Assembly (NCBI RefSeq): GCF_006345805.1
Contig: NC_043001.1
Coordinates: 100,688,001-100,752,000 of the forward strand
Direction of reading: 5' to 3'
Source of the DNA: Octopus sinensis
Lineage: Eukaryota
Length of the DNA stretch: 64,000 nt
The position numbers were made by a program, and so were the translations under genes. Shown in pieces: positions 40,895 through 55,478 of the stretch (the stretch's first letter is position 1; each line of letters begins with the position of its first letter). Below the pieces are notes generated by a model. The model was not told the DNA's origin and made no database searches. It saw nothing but the letters and a program-made list of their open reading frames with translations.

Positions 40895-41262
40895 CCAAGT
40901 GTGAACCTTTCAGGTGAAATGACAAAAGACTGAGACACCTGGCACCTTGCTGTACTCAAGAAGATCCGTACTCCACAGCAGAAGTGTAAAGACCAGTCAC
41001 CCCTGGTGGGTGGCACTGACCTGCAAGAGTTCTGTGCTGGTGCCACGTAAAAAGAACCTGTGCAATGCCACATTAAAGTGCCCATGTGGTCCCATGTAAA
41101 AGCACCCAGCACACTCTGTAAATTGGTTGGCGCTAGGAAGGGTATCCAACTATAGAAACCATGACAAATTAGACTGGAGTCTGGTGCCACTCCCCAGCCT
41201 GCTGACTCTGGTCAAACTATCCAACCCATGCCAGCATGGATAACAGATGTTAAATGATGATG
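40895..41262 (+). mobile_element. RTE LINE 3' end (ORF tail plus UTR), related subfamily
   Basis: EMTKD*DTWHLAVLKK-like ORF end, subrepeats, aggaagggtatcca motif and (GAT)n tail. Confidence 0.8.
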
Positions 41263-41289
41263 AAGTCGCTAAGGCACATGAATAGAAAA

Positions 41290-42340
41290 AAAAGGGAACA
41301 CGTCTCCTTACAGGCACAGAGAAGCCTCACTCCCCACTTGCTTACCAGTTGTCACATTCCAACTGGCTCCCACCCATGAAAAACTGTATTTGGCTGGCAT
41401 CACCCAGCACCACTTTCACTCACAATTCCAGCTGCCATCTTACATCTTTTATCTCAGACCAAAATTTATGCATTTCAACAAAACACCTAGTTTGGCTGCA
41501 ATGATACTCCTGTTGTCATATTTCTTTTTAATTTGGCATTTTTCTTCTGAAGCAACCTCTAGCAGAACATCACCTTTTTCTGAGAAACCTCATTCTGTTA
41601 TGCAGCAAGTATTACACCATACAACACACTTCTCCATTCCTTTACACTGGATCCTCATTTCTCAGCCTCTCCTTTCCTCAGCCTCAGTTCCAGTCTTGTA
41701 TTCCCTACCATAGAATTCTACTCTTGATGGGAAAGTCACTTGGCTGGGTTATTTATCAAAATATATTCTATGTAGGAGTTAGGCCCTTTTCATTCTTCCC
41801 ATTTTCCCCATACATCTTGAGGATCATTACCAGGATCTTCAGCACAGGGGTCATTTTAAACCCCAATCTGGTCAAACCATATGTCTTACCCCCGTACTTT
41901 ACCAGTTGGTGTTTTTACATTTTCTCAGTGACAAGAAGCTGTGAATAGGGTGATTTCAAGCCAGCTATCCTAGAAGTACACCTCTTGCTCTCCACATACA
42001 TCTGTGGCCTCACAACCCTTGTGACATGCCACCTTGTTTATTAGTTACTGAAAGCCTGACACCAGCAGAAAGATTTTATTCTTTGTTGGCTGAACAACTA
42101 ACATCAGTGCAAATGCTCTACTTTTCACCGTTTCCCCACACGGTATTAAAATATCTTCTTTGATCCATCTTTTTACCTTATTCCCAAATTCAGCTCTTAT
42201 TCCCATTTTTAAAGAACCCTTGTAGTACCTCACCACTTTATCATACATTGTTTGCTGTCAAACACTGCACAAAACATCCTTGTCCTCAGTTTTACAAAGA
42301 ACACTTACCCACTGAATACAACATCACAGCAAAAAAAATT
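41290..42340 (-). pseudogene. Gypsy-type LTR retrotransposon RT relic
   Basis: Minus strand: EFGNKVKRWIKEDILIP..LMLVVQPTKNKI..FQ*LINKVACH..DVC..LKSPYSQL..KHQLVKYGGKTYGLTRLGF..SYIEYILIN (degenerate DLKSAY.Q, RLGFG and YIDD). No LTRs recognised. Confidence 0.75.
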
Positions 42341-42856
42341 CTGCTCATTTGTCATTCGTACAATATTATAGTTTCCCTATATTTTATGCAGGAAAATTAT
42401 AACAAAACAGATCGAGGTATGTATACAATTAGATCTGGTCTAGATTGATCAGTTGTTGTCAGTAATCTTTCTAAAATTGTCTAAAAGTCAAAATGTCAAA
42501 ACTGCAAGCAAAAACCAGCAAATTAATTGTAACATTGAAGACTGTGTTGTATTAGAGTCAACTGAAGACATTTAATTTGCCTTCAATGTTCCAGAGATGA
42601 AAGAGGCTGACATGATTTATACTTGTAAAAGGATATCAGGCAAAGCCAACCTCTACAAAAACAAAATCATAGCATTCCACCATTTATCTCCAAGAAACCA
42701 TTCATCATTAGCACCATCATTATCCTCATCCTTATTTTAGAAGTCTTTTTATCACACTGGAACGGATTTTATGCTTTCTTCTTCCCAAAGTCTTCTACAG
42801 CAAAGACTTTGCTTTCATATATGAGTAGTAGTGACATATACATATACATATGTATA

Positions 42857-42897
<41 letters not shown>

Positions 42898-42904
42898 TGT
42901 GTGT

Positions 42905-42955
<51 letters not shown>

Positions 42956-42956
42956 A

Positions 42957-43160
42957 CAGAGTCCACAAAAAAAATGTATACACACTTCAAGAAAGGAAAA
43001 ATCTATACAAATATTGTTATTCAGTTCTACTGCAGTTTATTCAGTTTTATCACAGTTTAATAATACATTGAAAGGTGTATCCATATTTATGGAGGTATTT
43101 ATACAAGTTTCCCGAAGTGTTTATACATTTTTTGGTGGACTCTCTTTCTCTCTCTCTCTG
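42957..43160. mobile_element. Tc1/mariner-type MITE
   Basis: ~35-bp TIRs: cagagtccacaaaaaaaatgtatacacacttc / gaagtgtttatacattttttggtggactct. TA on both flanks; a (CT)n expansion lies in the right end. Confidence 0.8.
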
Positions 43161-43192
<32 letters not shown>

Positions 43193-43230
43193 ATATATAT
43201 ATATATATATACATATACACACATACACAT

Positions 43231-43430
43231 CATGATCATCATCATTTTCGTCGTTTAACGTCCACTTTCCATGCTGGTATGGGTTGGACGATTTGACTGA
43301 GGTCTGGTGAAAGAGATGGCTGCACCAGACTCCAATCTTGATCTGGCAGAGTTTCTACAGCTGAATGCCCTTGGGTGCTTTTTATGTGCCACTGGCACAA
43401 GGGCCAGTCAGGGGGCACTGGCAACGACCA
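43231..43430 (-). mobile_element. RTE LINE 3' UTR fragment (family C)
   Basis: (CAT)n..tttaacgtccactttccatgctgg..ggtgctttttatgtgccac. Confidence 0.85.
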
Positions 43431-43474
43431 CCACACACACACACATACACATATATACACACACACACACACAT

Positions 43475-43513
<39 letters not shown>

Positions 43514-44174
43514 CATACACACACACACTCTGATATAATATATTAGTTTATTACTATTCACTAAAAAAAATTATCCTGAAGCTGTTATTAAAAAATAAGT
43601 GATTGTAAACATTATATGAAATACCTTTTGGTATCTAATCCCATCCATTCAAATTCAAATTTCAAACTTTACTTAATCTCTGTTATTTAACCGGTGTTGG
43701 CAACTCGGAGTGTTCTGGGATAAATTTTATCAATTCCTTCTCCTCCTGTGGGAAGTAAACAGTTTGTTGGCAGCATGATATAAGCAGAACACTTAGAAAT
43801 TAGTTCATTAAAGCTAAATTTTCCTAAAATTAATCAATCATAGCATCATTTCATGATTTTTCTAAATGAAAGTTTGCCATTATTCATACTGAACTCTTAA
43901 CTGGTAGATATAACGAGAGATGATCAAACAGAATTTTTATTTTCATTTAATTCTTTCACAGTCACAATTTTTCAAAGATTGTGCTTCCTTTATTTCCTCA
44001 AAAGTAAATTGGTTGAAACGAATTTACCCTCTGGTCAGGATATTTGCTTCCTTCCTATCGAAGAAGATCTTAATTTTCAGTCTTCTCAGCCAACACAGAA
44101 TAAGTACTCTTTGGCCCACACAAGGAAAAGCATGCAACTTTTCTGAAGAAATAGCCTACAAAATGCAATATATT

Positions 44175-44974
<800 letters not shown>

Positions 44975-46479
44975 ACAAAAGGCAATATATTAAAAAACAA
45001 AAATGATGTTTTGAATAGTAGAACTAAAAACTAGGTGTGTTGGCTCTGTACTTTGGTTTGAATTTCATGTTACAGCTATTTTACTTTGCTTCACTTATGT
45101 TGCAGCTATTTGGGGGAAGGCATAAACATGTCGACTCTGGTTTCCTTCTCTAATAAATATTTAAATATTAAAGCAATTTTGAAATGATACAGAGAATATG
45201 AAAGCAGCTTATTCTTATTTCAAGATATTATGACTATCATAAAAACTCTATTCCAGAACAGATTGAAAATTCATTGATTTATTACTTTTCTTTAAATACT
45301 TAGGAAAATTATGTTTGTATTTATAATTATTAGCTCTGTCATCTCACCAATGACTAGATGTTTGAATCTACTCATAGAATTACATTACTAATAATGATAA
45401 TAAATTCATAATACTGGTCTCTCTCTTTTACTGAGAGATATCATTCTAAGGTTAAAGACATAAAATTTATTTTATTCCACAATATGTAAATGACATTGCA
45501 TGTGAGAAGCTTCAACTATTTCAAATGGCCATATTCAATATATATATTAAAACATCGAAATATATAGAACTTTAAAAAGAAGGAAAGAAGTAAGAAAAAC
45601 ATGACTTACTATTTGCTACATAATAACACTTTTTAGAGTTCGAAGAGAATTCTTGGCAAATGAACAGTTTTCTTCAAGAAAGGAGGCTTTGCTTGTAAGC
45701 CACTTTTGTCCTGATAAAATTGTCTACTGGTGATTATAATTTCAGCTAAACACAAATATTTTCATATCTAACTGATGTTATTCAATTATTCAATGAGTTT
45801 CTGACTATTAACTTAGTTTCATAGAAATTGGTCAACACATTTTACTTCATAATTTATTGTCCGAACAAAAATACTGTGACAACTCGATCAAATTTCTGGT
45901 TCACTGTTCAATACAGAGAGAAGAAATGGCCCAACCTACGATAAATCTCCATTACTATGGAGAGGAAATTTAATTTGTATCTACATACATTAGTATGTAA
46001 TTGTATTTAGTTAAGAATGACTAGCGTTTTTCTCTCCATTTCTGCCAGAAAAGGAAGAAGAACAAATCGTATTTGTGCTAGTTGAATATAAAGAAGAAAA
46101 AAAAATCACAACAATTGGAAAGGAATAAGAGGAATTGGAAAAGAAATTAGATGAAGGTAAAAAGGAAAAGCAGGAATATGAAAGAGGAAAAAAATATATT
46201 AGTTCCTGTATGATTAATAATGATGATGATGATTATGATGACGATGATGAGGGGGAGGAACAGGAGGGGAATTTCTTTTATTTGCCACAAGGGTGATGTA
46301 TGAGGAGGATGTTGCACAAACAGGTTGCAAAAACTGTTTGGAGTTATGCACACAGAAATGGAAAGAATAGGGTAGAGGAAATAAAAGTATACAATTTTGT
46401 TTTTAATCTACTCCGTATATGACCTTCACCTAATGACAACCAAGGAAACACACAGATCAAAGATGACCCTGATAACCAA

Positions 46480-48330
46480 GGGTAAGAGGCCACTTCGATC
46501 TGTTACTTCTCGGGTTCGTTCACTTGGGCCGTATTTGCAACTTTTATCATTTGATAAAGTTACTGGGGGCTAACATCTCCTTCTCCAACCACATTTTCCT
46601 CTGCAAAGGGAAACATGAAAAGTTGACAAGGGCCTGAACAAAAAAAAAAAAAAAAAAGCATCGTTTTTCACTCCTTTCAATCTTGTTCACCACATAACTT
46701 CCTTCACCATGGCCATTAAACAGAGGAAAGCTGCTTTCCTTCTTGGACAAAGCAGAGTCATCTGACAGCTGAAACTATGTAACATCTGATAACAATTTTT
46801 CCAACAAATATTTTCAAATATTTGTAGAATAGTTCTCTTGCATCTCTTACAGTCCTAATTAATGACACCTCCATGGTTGTAGAGTTTGTCTGAACCCAGC
46901 AATGCCTCTAGTTTAATTACGAGCCAAGATTTTCAGGAAATTATCCATGGTTTCTGAGCCAGAAGCTTTTCAAAATAAACTTGTCAGTTGGCTCTCTGAG
47001 TTTTGCTGAGAAGGTTGTTACTCTTGCCCGCTTCTAGTCCCTTATACAATGTTAATGGATAAATTCCACCTGGTGCATTGCTAGACTGGTGTAACGCTAT
47101 GAGTACCTGGAAACATCCCAGATATCAGAATGCCAAAGTCATCACTTGACCAAAGACTGCAGCTCCATTAATGAGACAAGCCGTAGAGAAGTGTGCCTCA
47201 CAAAAATACAACCACACTTGCAGAGGTATCTGTGTAGGGGGCCACAACACATGTCTACACATCCTAAATCATTTCATGCCATCTCTCCTCACCCTTTCAG
47301 TTATAAATTCCTTTCAGTCCATTTCTGGGTGACACTGACCACCCTGTTTGTGACCTCATCTCAATCTTACCCACTTAGAGGTCTGAACTGAACAACTATA
47401 CAAATAACTTAATGATGGTACTACATAGCATGGACTTGCTTCCCCTGGTACTGAGATACCAGGTAACCACCATCTTGTTTAGGTTAAAATATGATCCTGA
47501 CTTCCTTAAAATTCCTTTAGAATGACACCATTCATCTTATTTACTGCTATATCATCCAATGCTGTTATGGTGACATCTACATATGTCCAACATGACATTC
47601 CTGCATCACAGTTTCTATCAACAGCTTTGGTTTCTGTTTTAATGGCTTGAGTTACTACACACCAAAGTGATGAGAAGGGATACTCTTTGCAGACTGAATT
47701 TATGATTGAAAATGGTTGAAATATGGCTTACGTGCCAAACAAATTCTATTGTAGACTGAGGTGATTGAGCCCTTGAAAATGTAGCCAGAGTCAGTTGCCT
47801 TCAAGTAATGATGATCAACCCTGTCAAAAGCTTTTAATTGATCCAAATTAATTAGAGTCTCAAAGTCATCCTCTCTACAATACCCTGCATGATAAAGAAG
47901 TTATCATGGCTAACTCTCCTGACGATTACTCAAGTGTACACTTCCTCAATCCCCCTTCCAATGACAAGCATCATTTTCAACCCTGAAAACTCCTTTGCTA
48001 GAATCTCAGCCAAAATCTTAAAATTTGCATTCGGTGGAGTTATTAACCAGAAATAATCAATTGTGTCCCCTTTCTGCTACCACTTCTTAGTTCAAAAACT
48101 TGGAATTCTCTTGCTTTGCTGCCATTGCAGTGGACATTTCTCAAATCATCGGTGAACAAGTTTGGCATATATGAGTAACAGACTTTGTGGAATAGACCTC
48201 ATCCTCAGTTTTTACTGCCCAACCCAACACACCTTATTAAGAACAGGCATTGGACTGCACATCCTCTAGGAATCCCTTCAGTTATTCTTTTGTAACTCTA
48301 ATGTAATCTCCTCTGGGTTACACAAAACAG
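46480..48330 (-). pseudogene. L1/Tx1-clade LINE ORF2 relic
   Basis: Minus strand: DYFWLITPPNANFKILAEILAK (cf. NFRPITLLNADFKILAK), LINLDQLKAFDRVDHHYL, SVCKEYPFSSL (cf. SVRQGCPLSPL), TYVDV, and C-terminal LMAMVKEVMW*TRLKG. Confidence 0.85.
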
Positions 48331-51063
48331 TCCTCATTTGTAAGTGTTTGAAAAGTTTAACAAAATTATTTTAAACTGAAATTAACAGATTTTTTACTAC
48401 ATCTTGTTTGAAAATTTTCAACCAAATCAGTTTATTTCTAATTTATATCTGATCCCTGTTTGTTGGATTGAAAGTTTCCCCTGAGATATTATGTACATTA
48501 ATGATTTCTTCATTGCCATTTCTAATAACATAACTCTTCACTCTTTCTTAACCACAAATGTCATTAATACACAATCTAAACACCCCAAGCTGGTTCTTAA
48601 CTGATCATAAACCTTCAGAACGTTCTTCAAAGGAAACAGGACAATGGGAAAGATAACAGCAGAAAAGATTATAACTACATCTTTCAAAGAAATAGTTTTG
48701 CATTTTCTCTACTTGTGAACAACTTCAGAATTGCTTCAGTTTGTTGTAATTGTCTCTCACAGCAATCTCATATATTTATATAATATTGCTAAAACTGCCC
48801 CAAAGAGACTAAACTCCCACTTTAAGTCTAGAAAATACTTCACCTTATATCAGTGGCAGATTCTACAAAGCACTAGAGCCGTTCACATTAGAGTAGTGCT
48901 GCTTTCATATCAGTGATGAAGCAACTACTACACCCCAAGATAACTTAGACTACATCCATGTGGAACCAGGAGTCGTCTCTGGTAGGTTGCTATAAAAGCG
49001 CTTAACAGCTTCTCAGTATCAATATCAGGTTAGCCAGTGATCATTTGTTTTGAAGCAAATAGTCATAAGATTGCCCTGACCAAGCAGACCTACTCCTTAC
49101 TGTGTCTTCCTATTTAGGATGCATGTTTAAGGAAACTTAGCTGCTGTTTCTAGCAAGCTAAGAAACTATTCAGAGATTCCCTCATTGGTTCATTGGTGTT
49201 GAGGAGATTTATTCTTTTGTTGAGTCTCATTTTATCTTTGATCCAACAAACCTAGAATCAAAGAAATTTCAACTGAAACAATTCCATTGTTTATTTTAAC
49301 AGGGATCGTGTATCTATGACTACATTATCAAGAGTGTCTTCCCAATTTTTTAAGTTGATAGAGTGTATGGTGACAAAAATTTAGCTGCTATTTCTATCTG
49401 ATCTAGTTGCCACATAGAAGCTGCCTCTGTTGCAGAAATGATTTCGCAATCATTAGCATCACTTATTTCTGCTCAAGAGTCTTTACTTCAGCCAACCATG
49501 AACTACCGACTGGCAGCTAGTGTTTATCACGACCAATCAATGTCAGCTACTACCAATATTTTGTGGACAAATTAACAAGTCTTGTACTTCTTACCATTCA
49601 CTATCTATATCCTTCCCTGTTACCAAATTATTTCACCAACAGCTCCCTGTGTTAACCCATTAAGTCCCACTGTCCTTGAAATAGGACACTAAATGAGAAC
49701 ATTAAATAAGCTGTATCACATTGTTTCCGTGTCCTATTTATAGGACATCCAGTATTTCCATTTCTACTTGAAGGAAAGGAGTTTTAACAATCATTTTTTC
49801 CATTTTAACCTATTTTCAATCATCTGTAAAAATTTAATGTACACACACACACAATTTTATCTGCATTATACTTTAGTCAAAAAGCTTTAATCCTTTCTTC
49901 CTATAAGTTATCATCCTTGACAATAAGCCATATGTGTCTAAATCACTACAACCAAACATTTCTCTGTCATTCATATGATCAATGACTAATATTATTTTTA
50001 TTTATTTTCCAACAAACACACAGGAATTCCCTAGCCATGTTTCATCCTTGTTCTAACCTCATCAATAAAGTATTGCCTCCTAGGTGCATATTTGGTACAT
50101 GAATGTATGAAATTCACTTTATTCCATTATGTTCTCGTAATGTTTCTAGGTTCTACTCACTGGAAAAATTTGGATTCATCATCATCATCATCATCATTTA
50201 GCGTCCGTTTTCCTGCAATGTAAGCAAAAGAAACACTTTTCAGATATGTGGGATTCTCACTGTTCGTAACAGTGTATTATATCTCCATATGGTACCTATT
50301 TACAACTATGCAGATTAGGCTTTTGTCTGTTAAGTGGCTTTCTGAGTAACACAAAGCATCTTCAATAATATGTTACCCATTTACTGGTAAGTTGGCACTC
50401 TATCGATCTGGCTGCCTAGATCTGTGAGCGTGAGTGTGCATGTATGTATGTGTGTCTGTCTAAAAAGAGACGACTGCATGCGTGTGTGTGCATGGCATGT
50501 ATGTAAGAGTGTGAGGGTAAAAAGAGAGTGCATGTGTGTGTGTATGTGTGTGTGTATGCATGTGTGTGTGTGGGCATGATGCGTGTGTGAGAGATTAGGT
50601 GTGTTTGTGTATGTGTGTGAGAGACTATTTGTGTGTTTGATTCTATTTGTCTACAGTAAAAACAACGTATAAAAGCAAAGAAAATAAACACTAATAAAAT
50701 AAACAAAATAAACAAACAGCAAAAAAAGGTTTTGTTTTCATCTCTTTTCAAAAAAAAAAAAAGAAAAAAAGCTACCATTCTAAAAGAACATCTGTCAAAG
50801 TTTGACCATTTAATCTCTCAATGTCATTCTGTTTATCATATTTTTCATACTTTTTATTCTGTATGTTTTATTCTCTTTTCCCTTGCCATCGCAACGATAG
50901 AGAGCAAAGCTATATAGATATGTGTACATGTGTAAATACAGAAATACATATACACTTGCATACTTGCACACACATATACACACACACACTACATATATAA
51001 ATATATATATGTATATATTGTGTGTATGAATATTTATATATGTGTGTGTGTGTGTATACATAT

Positions 51064-51113
<50 letters not shown>

Positions 51114-51222
51114 ATATATATATATGTATGTATGTATATATGTATATGCATATATATATATATGTATGCATGTATATATGTATATGCATATATATCTATA
51201 TGTATATATATGTGTATAGATT

Positions 51223-51254
<32 letters not shown>

Positions 51255-52127
51255 TTTATGCACACACACACACACATATATACATATAGTTTCATATATA
51301 ACTGTGTCTGTATGTTTATCTATATAAGGTTATGTTGTAAAATTATATACACATACATATGTACATACATTTTCCAGCTTTCAAAAAAATTTTAAATAAT
51401 GATATGAAAGATAATTTTTTTTTTAAATGGTAAAATAGTTTCCATAGCAACTGAAATTTCTGAGCCTGAAGAAATAGTTAGTTTGCCACCAGGGACCTTG
51501 AGAAATATAGGTGGTTCCTGATAATGGTAGAGTTTGTAGATATCAAGTTGATATTCCTGATGTTTCAAATAAGAGGGTTGACTGTATTATTTAAGTCTTT
51601 AACAGAAAATATTGCTATAAGCTCAATTTTCTAAAATTATTGGGTGGGAAATTTAGGAGATAGACAAGATGAAGTGAAAAAGGAAAAAAAAAAAAAATTT
51701 CGAAACAAAAAACAAAAAGGGAAAAAGAAAAGTAGTTTATATTGCTAAAAAACAAAAAATAATGGAAACAAAGTCTTGAACACATAACAAAATTATAAAC
51801 AAAACTGTTGTTACTATGGTACGATATATAGTTTTTCTCTCTTTATTGTGATGTCAGTCACTGAAATATAGCAGACTTATGTTGAAACAAATACACATAG
51901 AAACAAGTAAACACATACATGTGTATATGCACACATAATCATATAGATAACAACACTCACATTCAAGCATAAACTTACACACACACACACAAACACAAAC
52001 ATATTCACATATACACAAACATGGATATTTTTTTTAGTCATGAAAAATGGTGAGTTCTTATATCAATGCCTATCTCACTGTCATCTCCCTACTCTTGCTC
52101 TCTCTCTTCCTCCCTCTCTCTTTGTGT

Positions 52128-52165
<38 letters not shown>

Positions 52166-52867
52166 GTATATGTATGTATATATATATATATATATGCTTA
52201 TACATACACAGACACACACGCACATATATGTATACAAATAGAGAGGAGTAATGTAGGTATAGATATACTTATATACATATATATATACACATACATACAT
52301 ACATAAATATATATACACACACACACCCACACACATCTGAGTGCATGTGTGTGTTAGATAAAATGGTGCATGTGCCTCTTTTTGTGATATAAACCTGACA
52401 GTGCTCACCATACACGCACATACAGTAGAATTGTGAAGAATCAGATACATGCCTGTGCATGATAACTAGGATTAAAAACCTATAGCTAAATGTTTAATAC
52501 AGTCAACATTCTGTTTGGATGACTGTAATCACTCTCTCAGACAAGGAAACAGAATAAAGGCAAATGGTTTAGAATTCTAAATGACACCAATGTCATAAGC
52601 TGGTTCCTCGTCCTATGATACCAAACACCATTCATCATATTTAAAGTTCATCAGAAAAAATTAGGTAAAATGGCAGAAGGCTGGATTTAATTTAAATATT
52701 TTTGTCAAATACTTTTTTTCTTTAATTAGTTCAGAGGAAGGGGTACAGCATCCATTTCCATAGTCCAGCATTTACAGACCAATAATATCCATGTAGTCAA
52801 GGTTTCACAGGATGTTGTAAAACATAATCTCTCTGGTTAAAAAAGTATTTAAATTTAAACATGTATC

Positions 52868-53040
52868 ATTCATCATCATTTAGCGTCTGCTTTCCATGCT
52901 AGCATGAGTTGGACAGTTCAACTGGGGTCTGGGAAGCCAAGAGGCTGCACCAGGCCCAGTCTGATCTGGCAATGTTTCTACGGCAGGATGCCCTTCCTAA
53001 CGCCAACCACTCCGTGAGTGTAGTGGGTGCTTTTTACGTG
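52868..53040 (-). mobile_element. RTE LINE 3' UTR fragment (family C)
   Basis: ggatgcccttcctaacgccaaccactcc and a (CAT)n tail. Confidence 0.85.
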
Positions 53041-53125
53041 TGCATGGGCTGGTGGTTAGGGTAATGTTCATGATCCAGCGATCGTGGGTTCAATCCTCAG
53101 ACCAAATGACACGCGTTTTTGAGCA
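53040..53125 (+). mobile_element. tRNA-like SINE head fragment
   Basis: tgggctggtggttaggg..tcatgatc..gtgggttcaatcc (A/B-box-like), similar to the family D head. Confidence 0.45.
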
Positions 53126-53177
53126 TATAAATAAATACATAGATACACATTCATACATATACATACATATATATATA

Positions 53178-53263
<86 letters not shown>

Positions 53264-53312
53264 GTATATATATATATATGTGTGTGCATATGTATATATA
53301 TATATATGTATG

Positions 53313-53344
<32 letters not shown>

Positions 53345-53565
53345 TATATATCATATGTGTGTGTGTGTATACACACATACTCACACATACATATATATAG
53401 TAAGAGGGGGGATATAATATCCAGGTAGATACTGACTTTCTCTGAGTAAAATGGTAAGGCTAGTTCCTTCAGATGGTGCAGTTTTTGGTAAACTTCCTTT
53501 AGTTCCCATAAAATATTACAGTTTATTTCTTGACTACTTAGAGTATAAATTACAGCACTGCTTTA

Positions 53566-54332
53566 CATCATCATCGTTTAATGTCTGCTTTCCATGCTGG
53601 CATGGTTTGGACGATTTGACTGAGGTCTGCACTAGGCTCCAGTCTGATCTGGCAGAGTTTCTACAGCTTGATGCCCTTCCTAATGCCAACCACTTCAAGA
53701 GTGTAGTGGGTGCTTTTATGTGCCACCAGCACAAGGGCCAATCAGGCAGTAGTGGCAATGGTCATGCTCAAGTGGTGTTTTTACATGCCACCTGCACAAG
53801 AGCCAGTCCAGTGGCACTGGCAAACAACTTCACTCGAATGTTTTTCACATGCCACCAGCAGAAGTGCCAGTAAAGCGACGCTGGTAATAAACACATTTGA
53901 ATGGTGCTTTTTACGTTCCACAGGCATGGAAGCCAGTCAGCTGTTCTGGCAGTGATCATGCTCGAATGGTGCTCTTAGTGCTCCACTAGCATGGGTGCCA
54001 GTCATCGAATTTGCGAATTTGATTTGATTTTGATTCCACTTGCCTCAACAGGTCTTTGTAAGCAGAGTTTAGTGACCAAAGAAGGAAAAGGTACGCATAA
54101 GTAGGCTGATTACACCCCTGGCATAGGCCATCAGGTTATGGTCTCACTTGGCTTGCCAGGTCTTCTCAAGCACAGCATATTTCCAAAAGTCTCCGTCACT
54201 AGTCATTGCCTCGGTGAGGCCTAATGTTCAAAGGTCATGCTGCACCACCTCATTCCAAGACTTCTTGGGTCTACCTCTTCCACAGGTTCCCTTAACCGCT
54301 AGGGTGTGGCACTTTTTCACACAGCTATCCTC
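53566..54332 (-). mobile_element. 5'-truncated RTE LINE: ORF C-terminus plus complete 3' UTR
   Basis: 54332-54144 translates EDSCVKKCHTLAVKGTCGRGRPKKSWNEVVQHDL*TLGLTEAMTSDGDFWKYAVLEKTWQAK* (RTE RGRP..W...DL..DR..W pattern). The UTR has five subrepeats and a (GAT)n tail. Confidence 0.9.
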
Positions 54333-54578
54333 ACACACACACACACACACACATATATATGTATGTATATATAGTCACAATGAGGATACTTTTGTCCAAG
54401 ATACACTGGTTTAATATATTGTATTTTGAAGAGATATTTCTTCAATGAATATATTATGTAAAATATCATAAAATATCAAACATTATTATCAAGTTAGAAA
54501 ACAGAGAGATCTAATGGATACAAATTAATTTAATTAACTACAACTGCTTCATTACACAAACAAAATCAAAACTACAAA

Positions 54579-54608
<30 letters not shown>

Positions 54609-54609
<1 letters not shown>

Positions 54610-54792
54610 TTTTTGTTGTGTCTGGGGAGAGTCATTATGCCAATATTATTAACTCACGCAAACGAAATTAAACAAACAATTGATTAGTTAGTTGGTGCTT
54701 TAACCAATTGACTAATAATGAAGAACTGGAATTGAACCAGTGCATGTGTTTAACAATATTGACATAATAACTCTCTCTGGGCACAGCAAAAT
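54609..54792. mobile_element. Foldback/MITE-like element with ~52-bp imperfect inverted arms
   Basis: ttttgttgtgtctggggagagtcattatgccaatattattaa pairs with ttaacaatattgacataataactctctctgggcacagcaaaa. Confidence 0.75.
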
Positions 54793-55394
54793 TTTTTTCA
54801 ACACACAAATTCACATAAAGAATCTTGCAAACCAGATACAAAAACGAAATATATATACTTTATTTAAAGGTTAACCAGACTACCAATAGTTTTATGCAAA
54901 GAGGAATGCCTTAACAATTATCAATCATACTACATGAGAATGATGGTACTTGTCTCCATTTTGCTTGAGAATTTGACTGAGTTTGCAAACTCAGCAGTAA
55001 TAGAATATCTAATCCCTCCTCTCTCTTGAAAAGAAATATTTGTTAAGGCAGTTCCTGCTATAACAATGGAGACATCTTGCTGACATATCCTGTGTCTGCC
55101 TAACAAAACGGACACACTAAATTTGCTTCCTTGCTTACAAAGTTATACATACAGAAATAAATTCTAAACAATAGCATAACCTTAAATTTAATCAATAAAA
55201 ATTTCTCCAAACCACCTCTCCATAACAACCAGCCTATAACCTAATTACCACTCCCCTCAAACCCACACACCCAAGAAAGATTGTAACTCAATAAAGACTA
55301 TACAAAACCAAGAAGATTATCTTCGATGTATCACAGTTTGATGATGACTGCACTAACTGGCTGAAACTTCAGAGTTACTGTCCATAATATTCTT

Positions 55395-55478
55395 GTTTAA
55401 GGTGCCACATAGTGGGCGTGAACCTGGAACCATGGGATTGGAAAGCAAGCTTCTTATTACACAGCCACACCTGCACCT
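55395..55478 (-). mobile_element. SINE family A head fragment
   Basis: aaggtgccac..gaacctggaaccatg..gcttcttattacacagccacacctgcacc. Confidence 0.7.
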
